From assembly GCA_035285545.1 (NCBI GenBank), contig JAYKGY010000001.1:1-29975 (forward strand): a stretch of DNA of 29,975 nt, written 5' to 3'. The position numbers and the translations under genes were made by a program. Below, piece after piece: positions 1 to 8,769 of the stretch (position 1 is the first letter of the stretch; every line of letters starts with the position of its first letter). The notes beneath the pieces are model-generated. The model was not told where the DNA came from. It saw nothing but the letters and a program-made list of their open reading frames with translations, and did not search any database. The stretch comes from Snowella sp. Lineage in GTDB: Bacteria > Cyanobacteriota > Cyanobacteriia > Cyanobacteriales > Microcystaceae.

Positions 1-83
1 TTCTTGTATGATATTTTGTACACTAATTTGAGGCAATTTAAGAAGATTTTCGAGAAAGTACAACATAGTTCAGTCCTCATACA

Positions 84-356
84 ATGTATACCATTATACA
101 CTTCTCACTGCTAACCGCGGAGAACCAAAAATTATTAGAAAAAATTCAGCAGCAATGTGATCAAATCCAAGATAATTTAAATAATCAATTTTATGAGAAT
201 TTACAACAAGGTATGTCTGAAGGGAGTAATCTCTTAGCTGTTATCACAACGGTTAGACATATTTGGCAACGATTAAGAGTTTGGCTACCTAAGCAGAACG
301 AACCAGAGATTCACCCCGATGCACCTCCTCCAATTCTTCCTGTTCTTCTTTTTTAA
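84..356 (+). CDS. Hypothetical protein (90 aa); start uncertain, possibly a gene fragment
   Basis: ORF track only. No recognisable motif; Gln-rich helical middle and Pro-rich C-terminus. The ATG overlaps a TGTA-N8-TACA palindrome. Confidence 0.35.
   Translation: MYTIIHFSLLTAENQKLLEKIQQQCDQIQDNLNNQFYENLQQGMSEGSNLLAVITTVRHIWQRLRVWLPKQNEPEIHPDAPPPILPVLLF
85..100. promoter_or_regulatory. Candidate NtcA-type palindrome TGTA-N8-TACA
   Basis: TGTATACCATTATACA matches the extended NtcA consensus. No -10 element was found at the canonical ~22 nt spacing. Confidence 0.35.
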
Positions 357-420
357 AAAGAGATTAAAAGTCAAAATATTGATAAAGAAATTTTTATAAC
401 TATTATTTATAAATTAGTCC

Positions 421-1557
421 ATGTTTACCTTTGCTCGTCCCTTTTATCCCCTCGTTTTAGGATTGACTAAATCCAATCCTGAGTGGGGCCATCGTCAAAT
501 GATCAATGCGTTGCAAGGCTTTGATCAACTAAGTCGTGCTAGTCAGGGGAAATGGCTGTTAAATCAATTAGCAAATTCATTTTGTTACGAAGATTCAAGA
601 CTATCTCAATCCTTGTGGGGCTTGAATTTTCCTAATATTTTAGGTCTGGCCGCAGGGTGCGATAAAGATGCAGAAGCTGCGGCTATTTGGCCCTATTTAG
701 GGTTTGGATTTGTGGAATTGGGAGGGGTAACGCTTCACGCTCAACCTGGTAATCCTCAACCCAGATTATTTCGTTTGTCCTCAGATCAAGCGTTTTTAAA
801 CCGTTTGGGGGGAAATAATGACGGTGCAGAAATTGTAGCAGCTAGATTACAGCAAACCTGGCAATATTATGACCGCAAGATTCCGATTGGGATTAATTTA
901 ATTAAGTCGAAAATTACGCCGTTAGAAGCAGCAGCAGAAGATTATTTAGGAAGTTTTCAGCATTTAAAAGCCTTTGCTGATTATTTTGTCATTAATGTCA
1001 GTTCTCCTAATACACCTGGGCTGCGATCGCTGCAAGATGCCGAGTCCTTACAAAAAATCTTTGAGCGATTACAGTCGGCTAACCCTGATAAAGTTCCTAT
1101 TTTGGTAAAAATTTCACCTGACTTGGAATACGAAGCAATTATTACTATTATTGAACTCATTAAAACCTATCAACTAGCCGGTATTGTGGCAACGAACACC
1201 ACCATTCAACGGGAGGGCTTAAAAACCCAGATGTTACTGCAAACGGGAAATGACCTCAAAGATGAAGCGGGGGGGATTAGCGGCTATCCCTTACGTCAAC
1301 GCTCGACGGAAATCATTCGCTTTATTTATCAGCAAACGCAAGGTACGATTCCGATTGTTGGGGTTGGGGGAATTTTTACAGCCGACGATGCTTGGGAAAA
1401 AGTGACTGCTGGAGCCAGTTTATTGCAATTTTATACGGGTTGGATTTATGGCGGGCCTTGGGTTGTCAAAGAAATCTTACAGGGGTTAGCCCAAAAATTA
1501 ACAGAAAATAATTTTTCTCATATTGCTGAAGCCGTTGGTATATCAGCAAAATCTTAG
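421..1557 (+). CDS. pyrD: Quinone-dependent dihydroorotate dehydrogenase (class 2)
   Basis: Motifs [58 protein letters not shown]. Confidence 0.96.
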   Translation: MFTFARPFYPLVLGLTKSNPEWGHRQMINALQGFDQLSRASQGKWLLNQLANSFCYEDSRLSQSLWGLNFPNILGLAAGCDKDAEAAAIWPYLGFGFVELGGVTLHAQPGNPQPRLFRLSSDQAFLNRLGGNNDGAEIVAARLQQTWQYYDRKIPIGINLIKSKITPLEAAAEDYLGSFQHLKAFADYFVINVSSPNTPGLRSLQDAESLQKIFERLQSANPDKVPILVKISPDLEYEAIITIIELIKTYQLAGIVATNTTIQREGLKTQMLLQTGNDLKDEAGGISGYPLRQRSTEIIRFIYQQTQGTIPIVGVGGIFTADDAWEKVTAGASLLQFYTGWIYGGPWVVKEILQGLAQKLTENNFSHIAEAVGISAKS

Positions 1558-1743
1558 GGTTTTATACCTCAAAAGTCGGTGTAGGTGATAGATAAAAGCT
1601 TAAAAAAATCGTTTTTTCTTAATAATTTTCAATATTTAAATGGTTCAATTAACCTCTGATCCTTTGCCTGATAGGGGTAGACTATGAGAGAGCCGATCTT
1701 CCGCGATCGCGCTGTTGAAACTGAAGTAAGGAGCTAAGCTTCC

Positions 1744-1884
1744 ATGTCAGACTTGAACCGTGGCATCATGAAATTCGATGGAGCCGACAAACCTGTGGTC
1801 GTCGCAGTTTCCTCCGTTGTCGTCCTCGGCGCGATTGCCGCATTAATTCTTTGGGCGTTAAAAGTTGCCTATGTTGTTGGTTAA
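1744..1884 (+). CDS. ndhQ: NDH-1 complex small subunit NdhQ (46 aa), not in ORF track
   Basis: Hand translation MSDLNRGIMKFDGADKPVVVAVSSVVVLGAIAALILWALKVAYVVG. The NRGIMKFDGAD motif, single TM helix and WAL..AY end match cyanobacterial NdhQ. AAGGAG RBS upstream, hairpin plus T-tract downstream. Confidence 0.88.
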   Translation: MSDLNRGIMKFDGADKPVVVAVSSVVVLGAIAALILWALKVAYVVG

Positions 1885-1916
1885 CGATTGATTATCGAGT
1901 ATCAATTTTTTTAAAC

Positions 1917-1959
1917 GCTGGAGGTCACAAATGATTACATTGAGTGGCTTCTGGCTTTT
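1917..1959 (+). terminator. Putative intrinsic terminator of ndhQ
   Basis: GCTGGAGGTCAC / GTGGCTTCTGGC 12-bp stem (with G-U pairs) followed by TTTT. Confidence 0.6.
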
Positions 1960-2010
1960 ATCGTTTGTATCCTATTGATTAATAATAGTTTTAAGTCATT
2001 AAAAATTTTT

Positions 2011-3681
2011 ATGACACAATTGCCTTCGGAAAAATTGAAATTTAGTACGAAGTTGGCCTATGGTGCCGGAGATTTTGGGCCGGCGGTTACAGCCAATATT
2101 TTAGTTTTTTATCTCTTATTTTTTTTAACCAATGTGGTTGGAATGCCGGCAAGTTTAGCGGGTAGTGTGTTGATGATTGGTAAAATTTTTGATGCGATTA
2201 ATGATCCCTTTGTGGGGGTTCTCAGCGATCGCACCCGTAGCCGTTGGGGTCGTCGGTTACCTTGGATGCTGGGGGGAATCTTGCCCTTTGCCCTTACCTA
2301 TCAATTGCAATGGATTATTCCGCGTTTTAGTGAGAATGCCCAGATTAACCAATGGAGTCAATTTGCCTATTACGTTTTTATCGGTATTGTGTTTAATATC
2401 GCCTATACTGCCGTTAATTTACCCTATACCGCTTTAACACCGGAATTAACCCAAGATTACAACGAAAGAACGAGCCTCAATAGTTTTCGATTCACCTTTT
2501 CCATTGGTGGTAGTATTCTTTCTCTGGTTCTTTACATTTTTATTAGTAATGCCTTACCCAATCGTCCCGATGAGCAATTTTTTCAATTAGGGTTGATGTG
2601 TACGGTGTTGTCAGCGATCGCCTTGTTGTGGTGTTCGCTCCGATTACAGGAAAAAGGGAGAATGCCCATTCTCAGTCCGAATCAAAAGCGACAGTGGGGG
2701 CCATTTTTACTCTTTCTAGGCGGTACTATCTTTGTGATTAATCTTTTGCGGCTCATCCCGATTACGTCTTCCTGGTTTAATGGTTCAGGGAGTTTCGATT
2801 ACATTAGTTTTTTCCTGTTATTGCTCAGTTTGTTTATTTTGGCTTTTGGGTTTACCCTGCGATCGCCGGAACCCGAACCCCACTTAATCAGCGAAGCCGC
2901 CTACCAAGAAACCGCCCATACCGAAGTTAGCATCCCGATTGTTGAACAATTAAAAATTGCCTTTACGAATCGTCCGTTTTTGTTTGTTATTGGCATTTAT
3001 CTCTGTTCCTGGTTAGCGGTTCAACTCACCGCCTCCATTTTGGTTTATTACGTCGTGAGTTGGATGGGATTACCGGAAAATCAATCGGGTTTATTAGCCC
3101 TCGCAGTTCAGGGGACAGCCTTAGTCATGCTGTTCTTTTGGCAAGCCGTCAGTAAACGCCTGGATAAAAAAATTGTCTATTTTCTAGGCATGATCATCTG
3201 GATTATCGCGCAAATCGGGCTGTGGTTACTGCAACCAGGGCAAGTGGTTTTGATGTACGTCTTAGCAATTATGGCAGGGGTGGGGGTTTCCGTTGCCTAT
3301 CTTATCCCCTGGTCAATGATTCCCGATGTTGTGGATTTGGATGAATTAAACACCGGAAAACGCAGAGAAGGGGTATTTTATGCCTTTATGGTGTTATTAC
3401 AAAAAATTGGCTTAGCTTTGGGTCTATTTATCGTTGGTATCACTTTAGAAGCAGCTGGCTTTATCCCCCAAGTCCCAGGGCAACCCGTTCCGACTCAGCC
3501 CGAAAGTGCCCTATCTGCCATTCGTTTTGCGGTTGGCCCCCTGCCGGCCTTCTTTTTAGTGTTGGGATTGGTCTTAGCCTATCTTTACCCCATTACCCGT
3601 GAAGTGCATGGAGAAATTCGTCTCAAACTGCAACAACGTTTACAATTAAGCGTCGAAGAGTCTGGGGGCACTCAAGCTTAA
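2011..3681 (+). CDS. MFS transporter, glycoside-pentoside-hexuronide (MelB-like) family
   Basis: Motifs KLAYGAGD, IFDAINDPFVGVLSDRTRSRWGRRLPW, PYTALTPELTQDYNERT, DELNTGKRREG; many TM helices. ATG 2011 preferred over TTG 1975. Confidence 0.9.
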   Translation: MTQLPSEKLKFSTKLAYGAGDFGPAVTANILVFYLLFFLTNVVGMPASLAGSVLMIGKIFDAINDPFVGVLSDRTRSRWGRRLPWMLGGILPFALTYQLQWIIPRFSENAQINQWSQFAYYVFIGIVFNIAYTAVNLPYTALTPELTQDYNERTSLNSFRFTFSIGGSILSLVLYIFISNALPNRPDEQFFQLGLMCTVLSAIALLWCSLRLQEKGRMPILSPNQKRQWGPFLLFLGGTIFVINLLRLIPITSSWFNGSGSFDYISFFLLLLSLFILAFGFTLRSPEPEPHLISEAAYQETAHTEVSIPIVEQLKIAFTNRPFLFVIGIYLCSWLAVQLTASILVYYVVSWMGLPENQSGLLALAVQGTALVMLFFWQAVSKRLDKKIVYFLGMIIWIIAQIGLWLLQPGQVVLMYVLAIMAGVGVSVAYLIPWSMIPDVVDLDELNTGKRREGVFYAFMVLLQKIGLALGLFIVGITLEAAGFIPQVPGQPVPTQPESALSAIRFAVGPLPAFFLVLGLVLAYLYPITREVHGEIRLKLQQRLQLSVEESGGTQA

Positions 3682-3695
3682 GCATTAAAAACAAA

Positions 3696-4184
3696 ATGGT
3701 AGAGCGTTGGTTAGGGATTGATCCGGGGTTAGCGATTATTGGCTGGGCGATTTTAGAGGATCATTCCCCCCAAGATCCCCGATTAATCGATTACGGCACC
3801 ATTGAAACCGATAAAACCCTACCCACACCGGCCCGTTTGCGGGAAATTGAACAGGATATAACGGCCCTCGTTCAAGAGTTTAAACCGTCGCAGATTGCTA
3901 TTGAAATGCCTTTTTTTAGTCGGCAAATTAAAGCGGCTGGGGGCGTGATTCAAGCCTTAGGGGTTATTAATTTAGTAATCTATAAAGAATTACACTGTTT
4001 ACCGATTTTTCTCCATCAATCGAGTTGGAAATGCCATCTTGGCCATGGCCAATCGACTAAAGATGAAGTCGCCGAAATTCTTCAACATTTTTTTGGGCTG
4101 GAAAAACTGCCCATTGATGACAGTGTAGATGCCATTGGGATTGCTTTAGCGGGATTACAGGGGGTTCGCAATGATATTCGTTGA
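3696..4184 (+). CDS. ruvC: Holliday junction resolvase RuvC
   Basis: LGIDPG, IAIEMPFF and DDSVDAIGIA supply the four acidic catalytic positions; 162 aa. Confidence 0.85.
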   Translation: MVERWLGIDPGLAIIGWAILEDHSPQDPRLIDYGTIETDKTLPTPARLREIEQDITALVQEFKPSQIAIEMPFFSRQIKAAGGVIQALGVINLVIYKELHCLPIFLHQSSWKCHLGHGQSTKDEVAEILQHFFGLEKLPIDDSVDAIGIALAGLQGVRNDIR

Positions 4185-4206
4185 TGTTAATTCAGGGCGC
4201 GATCGC

Positions 4207-5370
4207 CTAATCTCTTAATTTTGGTGATCGAGTTACATTCTGAGAATTGGTTAAATGAGTATTAATCACTTTGACTAACTCCTGGGGCAAAAAGGGTTTA
4301 CCAAGATAACTAGATGCTCCAGATAATTTTGCTTTGATACGACAGGTTAAATTATTTTCATCGGTTAAAAGAATAATTGGTAAATTTTTAAGTGAGTCCG
4401 ATTGACGACAGAGAGAACAGAGTTGATACCCATCCATATCAACCATGTTCGTATCAATGAGAACTAAATCAAATTTTTGGCTAAGTAATACTGCTAAGGC
4501 TTTAAAAGGCGTATCAATGATTGTGATTTTTAAATCGCTGTTTTCTAGAGTGAATTTGGCCATTCTTTGGTTGGCGGGGCGATCGCCAATATACGCAATA
4601 GACGGTCGATGATCCTCTTGAATTTCCTGATAGGAGAGCATGCTAATATCACCGGCTTTGATGAGCGGATGAAGCAAGAGGGCTAACTGTAGCGTACTAA
4701 TCTTCGTCGCATTACCAATTTTATATAAGGAATTGAGATCCTTTAAGGCTCGATTCAATTGCTGTAATTGATGTTTATTATTCCAAGTCGCCTTCGCTAA
4801 CGCCAACTGTAATTTTTGCCAATCTTCCACTAACGGCCGTTGAAAAGGGGAATTAATTTCCGAACGTAATTGCCACCAGTAACGAATTTTAGGTTTGATT
4901 TGGGAGAGAAGCTGCTCAAAATCTAGATTTAAAAAAAGCTGTTCTAATCGACCTTTTGACTCCAAATAGCAATTGCTTGTCGGCAACGAAAGAATTTGAA
5001 CTAACGCCTCTTGGGTACATTGGGTGAGAATGCTTCGGGTTTGCTGGAATGAAAAAACCTCATTTTTCCATAACTTACAAATGTATTCATAATCATCCAT
5101 TAAGTGCGTTGGAAGTTGGATCTGTTTCTCCACTAAGCAATGACCTAATAAATAGTCCAATCTTTCTGAAGAGCCAACCTTACTATTTGCTGCATGGATC
5201 TTGCCATTCCCCAAATACACTTGCCAATGAACATACTCGTCAAAAGGATTTTGAATCGTTAACTTACCGGAAACTTGATAATGCGCTAATTTTTGCAAAA
5301 ATTTATAGGGCGTTTCTTGTACAAGTTCATCAGATAGATTCAAAGCGGGGCCGAGGGGGAAAGCACTCAT
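4207..5370 (-). CDS. PatA-family response regulator (N-terminal PATAN-like domain, C-terminal receiver)
   Basis: SGKLTI..WQVYLGNGKI at the N-terminus, INSPFQRP linker, receiver with LVLIDTNM, LPIILLT and YLGKPF. Confidence 0.85.
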   Translation of the reverse strand: MSAFPLGPALNLSDELVQETPYKFLQKLAHYQVSGKLTIQNPFDEYVHWQVYLGNGKIHAANSKVGSSERLDYLLGHCLVEKQIQLPTHLMDDYEYICKLWKNEVFSFQQTRSILTQCTQEALVQILSLPTSNCYLESKGRLEQLFLNLDFEQLLSQIKPKIRYWWQLRSEINSPFQRPLVEDWQKLQLALAKATWNNKHQLQQLNRALKDLNSLYKIGNATKISTLQLALLLHPLIKAGDISMLSYQEIQEDHRPSIAYIGDRPANQRMAKFTLENSDLKITIIDTPFKALAVLLSQKFDLVLIDTNMVDMDGYQLCSLCRQSDSLKNLPIILLTDENNLTCRIKAKLSGASSYLGKPFLPQELVKVINTHLTNSQNVTRSPKLRD

Positions 5371-6098
5371 AATACCTTTGTTTAATTTTTAATGCATGAA
5401 ATGAAATATTGTTAATTCACATGGATTGTAAGACAACGGCTTTAGATTATTTTTCTCAGTGAAAATGATTCAAGAGACTTTAACTTTTCCCGAAGCAGGG
5501 ATGTATAAAAAGCTTATCAGATAGCTCATCATATTGAAATGGACTGTGCTGTATTTTTTATCACACTTTATTAAGTAAATGCCGTTAAAACCCGTTTTTT
5601 AAGCAAAGTAGTAATTATATTGAAGTATTATTTATTTACTCTATTGGTTTGTAGAGAGAGCTTTGATTACTAGCAATTCCGTTTTTTTCTTAAAAAAATC
5701 AAGCTATCAATTTCATCAAATGTTATTTTTTGAAAAATAAATTGATGTTTTGTTGCCTATCAGTTGCACCCTAATTTTCCTATTAAAAATTCCCATTCAA
5801 ATTGTTTTAAATATCACTTTCATCGAGAAGCCTAAGGTTTCCCCTTGAAAGACTGGCGAGATGGGGGAGTTGTTTGCAAAAAGGAATATCAGCGATCGCT
5901 GCCATTGGCGCAGTCAGGTTAACCCTAAAATTGCCGATCGCGCTCAAGATTTGTCTCGTTACAGGAAGTCGCTTCAGTTCAATAACCTTAAGAAAACCGT
6001 AGGAATTGTCAGCAATCTTACTGCAAGCATTAAGATACAAGCATTAAGATCAACGTTAGAAGACACTGCCTTCTCCCAACTGAGAAAGGATAAATTCT

Positions 6099-7478
6099 AT
6101 GAGTACGACCCAATCTCCTCCGCTCGTGTCCCTTCAAGCCCCGAAAGATGTCTCCATTGATGTCATTGAAGCGGAACTTGCCCAAATTTGGAATGCTTAT
6201 GGCCAAAATGATGAGGGAATGGCAGCAGTACGAGCCACGACCTTTAGCTTTTTGGTATATGAACCCGATGCAATTCAAGCCTTGTTAGCGGCCTTAGGAT
6301 TTTATACCGGCCCGGTTGATGGTATTGCGGGGCCACGGACAACGGCTGCAATTAAATCTGCCCAAAAAGCCTACGGGTTAACGGTGACAGGTCAGTCTAA
6401 TTCGGAATTTTTGCAGTTGATCAAAGATAAGTTTAAGGAAGCCAAAGCGTCAGGCACTTTAACCAGTGCGGCTGAACGGTTAGCCCAACCCTATTCTCCC
6501 GATCTAGAAGGAAGTGGCATTGCGGATGCGATCGCGACGGCTAATCCTTGTCGAATTATTACCCTTTGCCCGACCTTGGATGACGATGATCGCGTTGATG
6601 CTCAAGTTTCGGCCTATTGCCCCATTCAAAAACGGAACCTGAATGCCCTGATTTGCTGTGAATATATCACCGTCAAAGGGAGTGCCAGTGCTTTAGAACG
6701 GATGGGTGGGGTGATTGCGGAATTGATGATTCCCGAATTGCCCAAGTTTATTTGGTGGAAAGCGAGTCCTGAATTAGATTATGGCTTATTTAAACGCTTA
6801 GCTTCCCAGGCCAATGTCATTATTTTTGACTCCAGTACCTTCAGTGAACCTGAAACGGATTTATCGCAGATCAGCACGATCCTCGAAAAAGGTTTGGCGA
6901 TCGCGGATTTAAATTGGGGACGGTTAGCCCCCTGGCAAGAACTGACCGCCGAGAATTTTGACTTACCGGAACGCCGCCTTGCTGTTCGTGAAATTGATCG
7001 GGTCGTTCTAGATTACGAAAAAGGAAATCATGCCCAGGCCCTGATGTATTTGGGTTGGGTAGCCAGCCGCTTGAAATGGCGACCTGTGAGCTATGCCCAT
7101 GACCCAGGCGATTATGATATCCGGCGGATTAACTTCATTGCAGCCGATCAGCGTCCCGTCGAAGCCGAATTAGCCGGCCTGCCCCTAGCGGATTTTGGCG
7201 AAGTGCTGGGCGATTTGATTAGTATCAAGTTAGGTTCTACCAATCCTGATGCAGACTGTGGGCTAGTTTTATGTTCCAGCACGATGGGCTGTATGCGGAT
7301 GGAAGCAGGGGGAAGTGCCCAGTCCTACCGCATTCAACAGGTAACTTCCTTGGGTGATCAAAAAACCGAGCAACTCCTCGGTCGGCAATTGCAACGCTGG
7401 GGAAGGGATATGTTATACGAAGAAAGTATGGCAGTGATCCACGAAATTTTTCAGTTAGCCGCTCGCTCTAATCCCTAG
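6099..7478 (+). CDS. opcA: Glucose-6-phosphate dehydrogenase assembly/activator protein OpcA
   Basis: VSLQAPKDVS, RATTF, NPCRIITLCP, VSAYCPI, ICCEYIT, LPKFIWWK, DLNWGRLAPWQELTA; internal peptidoglycan-binding-like segment. Confidence 0.93.
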   Translation: MSTTQSPPLVSLQAPKDVSIDVIEAELAQIWNAYGQNDEGMAAVRATTFSFLVYEPDAIQALLAALGFYTGPVDGIAGPRTTAAIKSAQKAYGLTVTGQSNSEFLQLIKDKFKEAKASGTLTSAAERLAQPYSPDLEGSGIADAIATANPCRIITLCPTLDDDDRVDAQVSAYCPIQKRNLNALICCEYITVKGSASALERMGGVIAELMIPELPKFIWWKASPELDYGLFKRLASQANVIIFDSSTFSEPETDLSQISTILEKGLAIADLNWGRLAPWQELTAENFDLPERRLAVREIDRVVLDYEKGNHAQALMYLGWVASRLKWRPVSYAHDPGDYDIRRINFIAADQRPVEAELAGLPLADFGEVLGDLISIKLGSTNPDADCGLVLCSSTMGCMRMEAGGSAQSYRIQQVTSLGDQKTEQLLGRQLQRWGRDMLYEESMAVIHEIFQLAARSNP

Positions 7479-7484
7479 TTTTGG

Positions 7485-7757
7485 TTACGCGATCGCTTGA
7501 ATCCATTCCTTGATTTCATACTCTGTCCAAATGCCGTTTTGCCAATAGGGATCGCCTTCGATCAGTTGGCGGACGGTTTCTTCATTGTCGGCTTCATAGA
7601 TGCCAAACACTTGGGTTAAATCCTGCGTTGGCCCCAGCGTAATTAAAATTCCTTGGGCTTTCTGTTCGGCTAATCCCTCTAAATGGGCTTGGCGGTAGGG
7701 GGCGCGTTTTTCCACGACATTTTCACAATAGCTTCCCCAAAGGACATATTTAGGCAT
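7485..7757 (-). CDS. YciI family protein
   Basis: RAPYRQAHL, GPT and DPYWQNG motifs; 90 aa. Confidence 0.85.
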   Translation of the reverse strand: MPKYVLWGSYCENVVEKRAPYRQAHLEGLAEQKAQGILITLGPTQDLTQVFGIYEADNEETVRQLIEGDPYWQNGIWTEYEIKEWIQAIA

Positions 7758-7853
7758 AATTTATTAACTCTTAAACTCAACCATTTAACACCCTATCGAA
7801 AAGGGTTCCCTAACGCAAAATTCCCAACCGTTCGCCCGCGATCGCCGATGGAT

Positions 7854-8708
7854 TTAAAATAAACTGAGTTGTTGCGGAGCTTCAGCCAAAGCATCCCAAG
7901 GTAACGTTGGCACATCAGCCCCTATCGCTTGCAATTTATGATAAAAATGACGAGCCGTAAAGGGAGAATGATCTTCAATGGGACAGTGAACAAAGAAATA
8001 AACGGTAATATTTTGGGCTAACCATTGTTGAACTTTTTGCGTCCATTCGGCTAAATACAGTTCATTTAACGTTAAATTGGGATGACTAATGAAGCGAACA
8101 AAAGCGTGATTGTTGGTTAATGTAAAATTAACGGGAACATCGGGCTTTTTGCGGGGAGAATTAATTTGCGGATCATCAGGGGAACGATACACAGGACGGG
8201 TATCTAAAATTACTCTTGTTATGTTTAAATCCCTGAGTAAATTATTGAAATTATTTTGATAAGGAACGCGAAACCAATCAAGGTGCCGAACTTCAACAGC
8301 TAAAGCAATATTGGTTTGTTTTAATCCTTTCAAAAATTGCTGTAAATCATCCTGATAGTGGGGGCTATAATTCGGTGGCAATTGGAGAAAAAGAAGACCT
8401 AATTTGTCCTCTAGTTGTTGAACTCGCTTAATAAAGGTCAAAGCATCAGAAATATAGGGCATTAATTGTCCCTGATGGGTGATTTCTTTAGGAAACTTTA
8501 GGCAAAATTTAAACGCTGAGGTAGTTTCTTCTCGCCATCGTTGAATATTAGCTTCCGAGGGAACTGCGTAAAATGTCGTATTTCCTTCTACGGTCAAAAA
8601 ACGTTGACTATAAAGATTCAAAAAGGCTTTTTTAGGCGTTTTCGGTGGATAAAAGTTACCTAACCAACCGTCATAAGACCAGACTGCACACCCTAAGTAA
8701 AACGTCAT
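7854..8708 (-). CDS. DUF72 (YecE-like) protein
   Basis: GCAVWSY..W, YSQRFLTVEGNTTFYAVP, FKFCLKFPKEITH, FLQLPP, AVEVRHLDW. Confidence 0.9.
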   Translation of the reverse strand: MTFYLGCAVWSYDGWLGNFYPPKTPKKAFLNLYSQRFLTVEGNTTFYAVPSEANIQRWREETTSAFKFCLKFPKEITHQGQLMPYISDALTFIKRVQQLEDKLGLLFLQLPPNYSPHYQDDLQQFLKGLKQTNIALAVEVRHLDWFRVPYQNNFNNLLRDLNITRVILDTRPVYRSPDDPQINSPRKKPDVPVNFTLTNNHAFVRFISHPNLTLNELYLAEWTQKVQQWLAQNITVYFFVHCPIEDHSPFTARHFYHKLQAIGADVPTLPWDALAEAPQQLSLF

Positions 8709-8769
8709 TACAATAATTTTTGAGTATAATTAATTACATTTAAAAATTCTATTTTAACAAATTTTTAGA

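Noticed and set aside
2177..2437. Alternate-frame ORF inside the MFS gene
   Set aside because: Fully nested in a well-supported gene, with no motif.
3696..4184. RuvC as a Cas, TnpB or mobile-element nuclease
   Set aside because: Size and motifs are those of a stand-alone Holliday junction resolvase, with no array, transposase or terminal repeats nearby.
5049..6278. Short ORFs 5049-5372, 5807-6040, 5861-6160 and 6030-6278
   Set aside because: Antisense to or overlapping the PatA-type gene or opcA, or lacking any motif; probably spurious.
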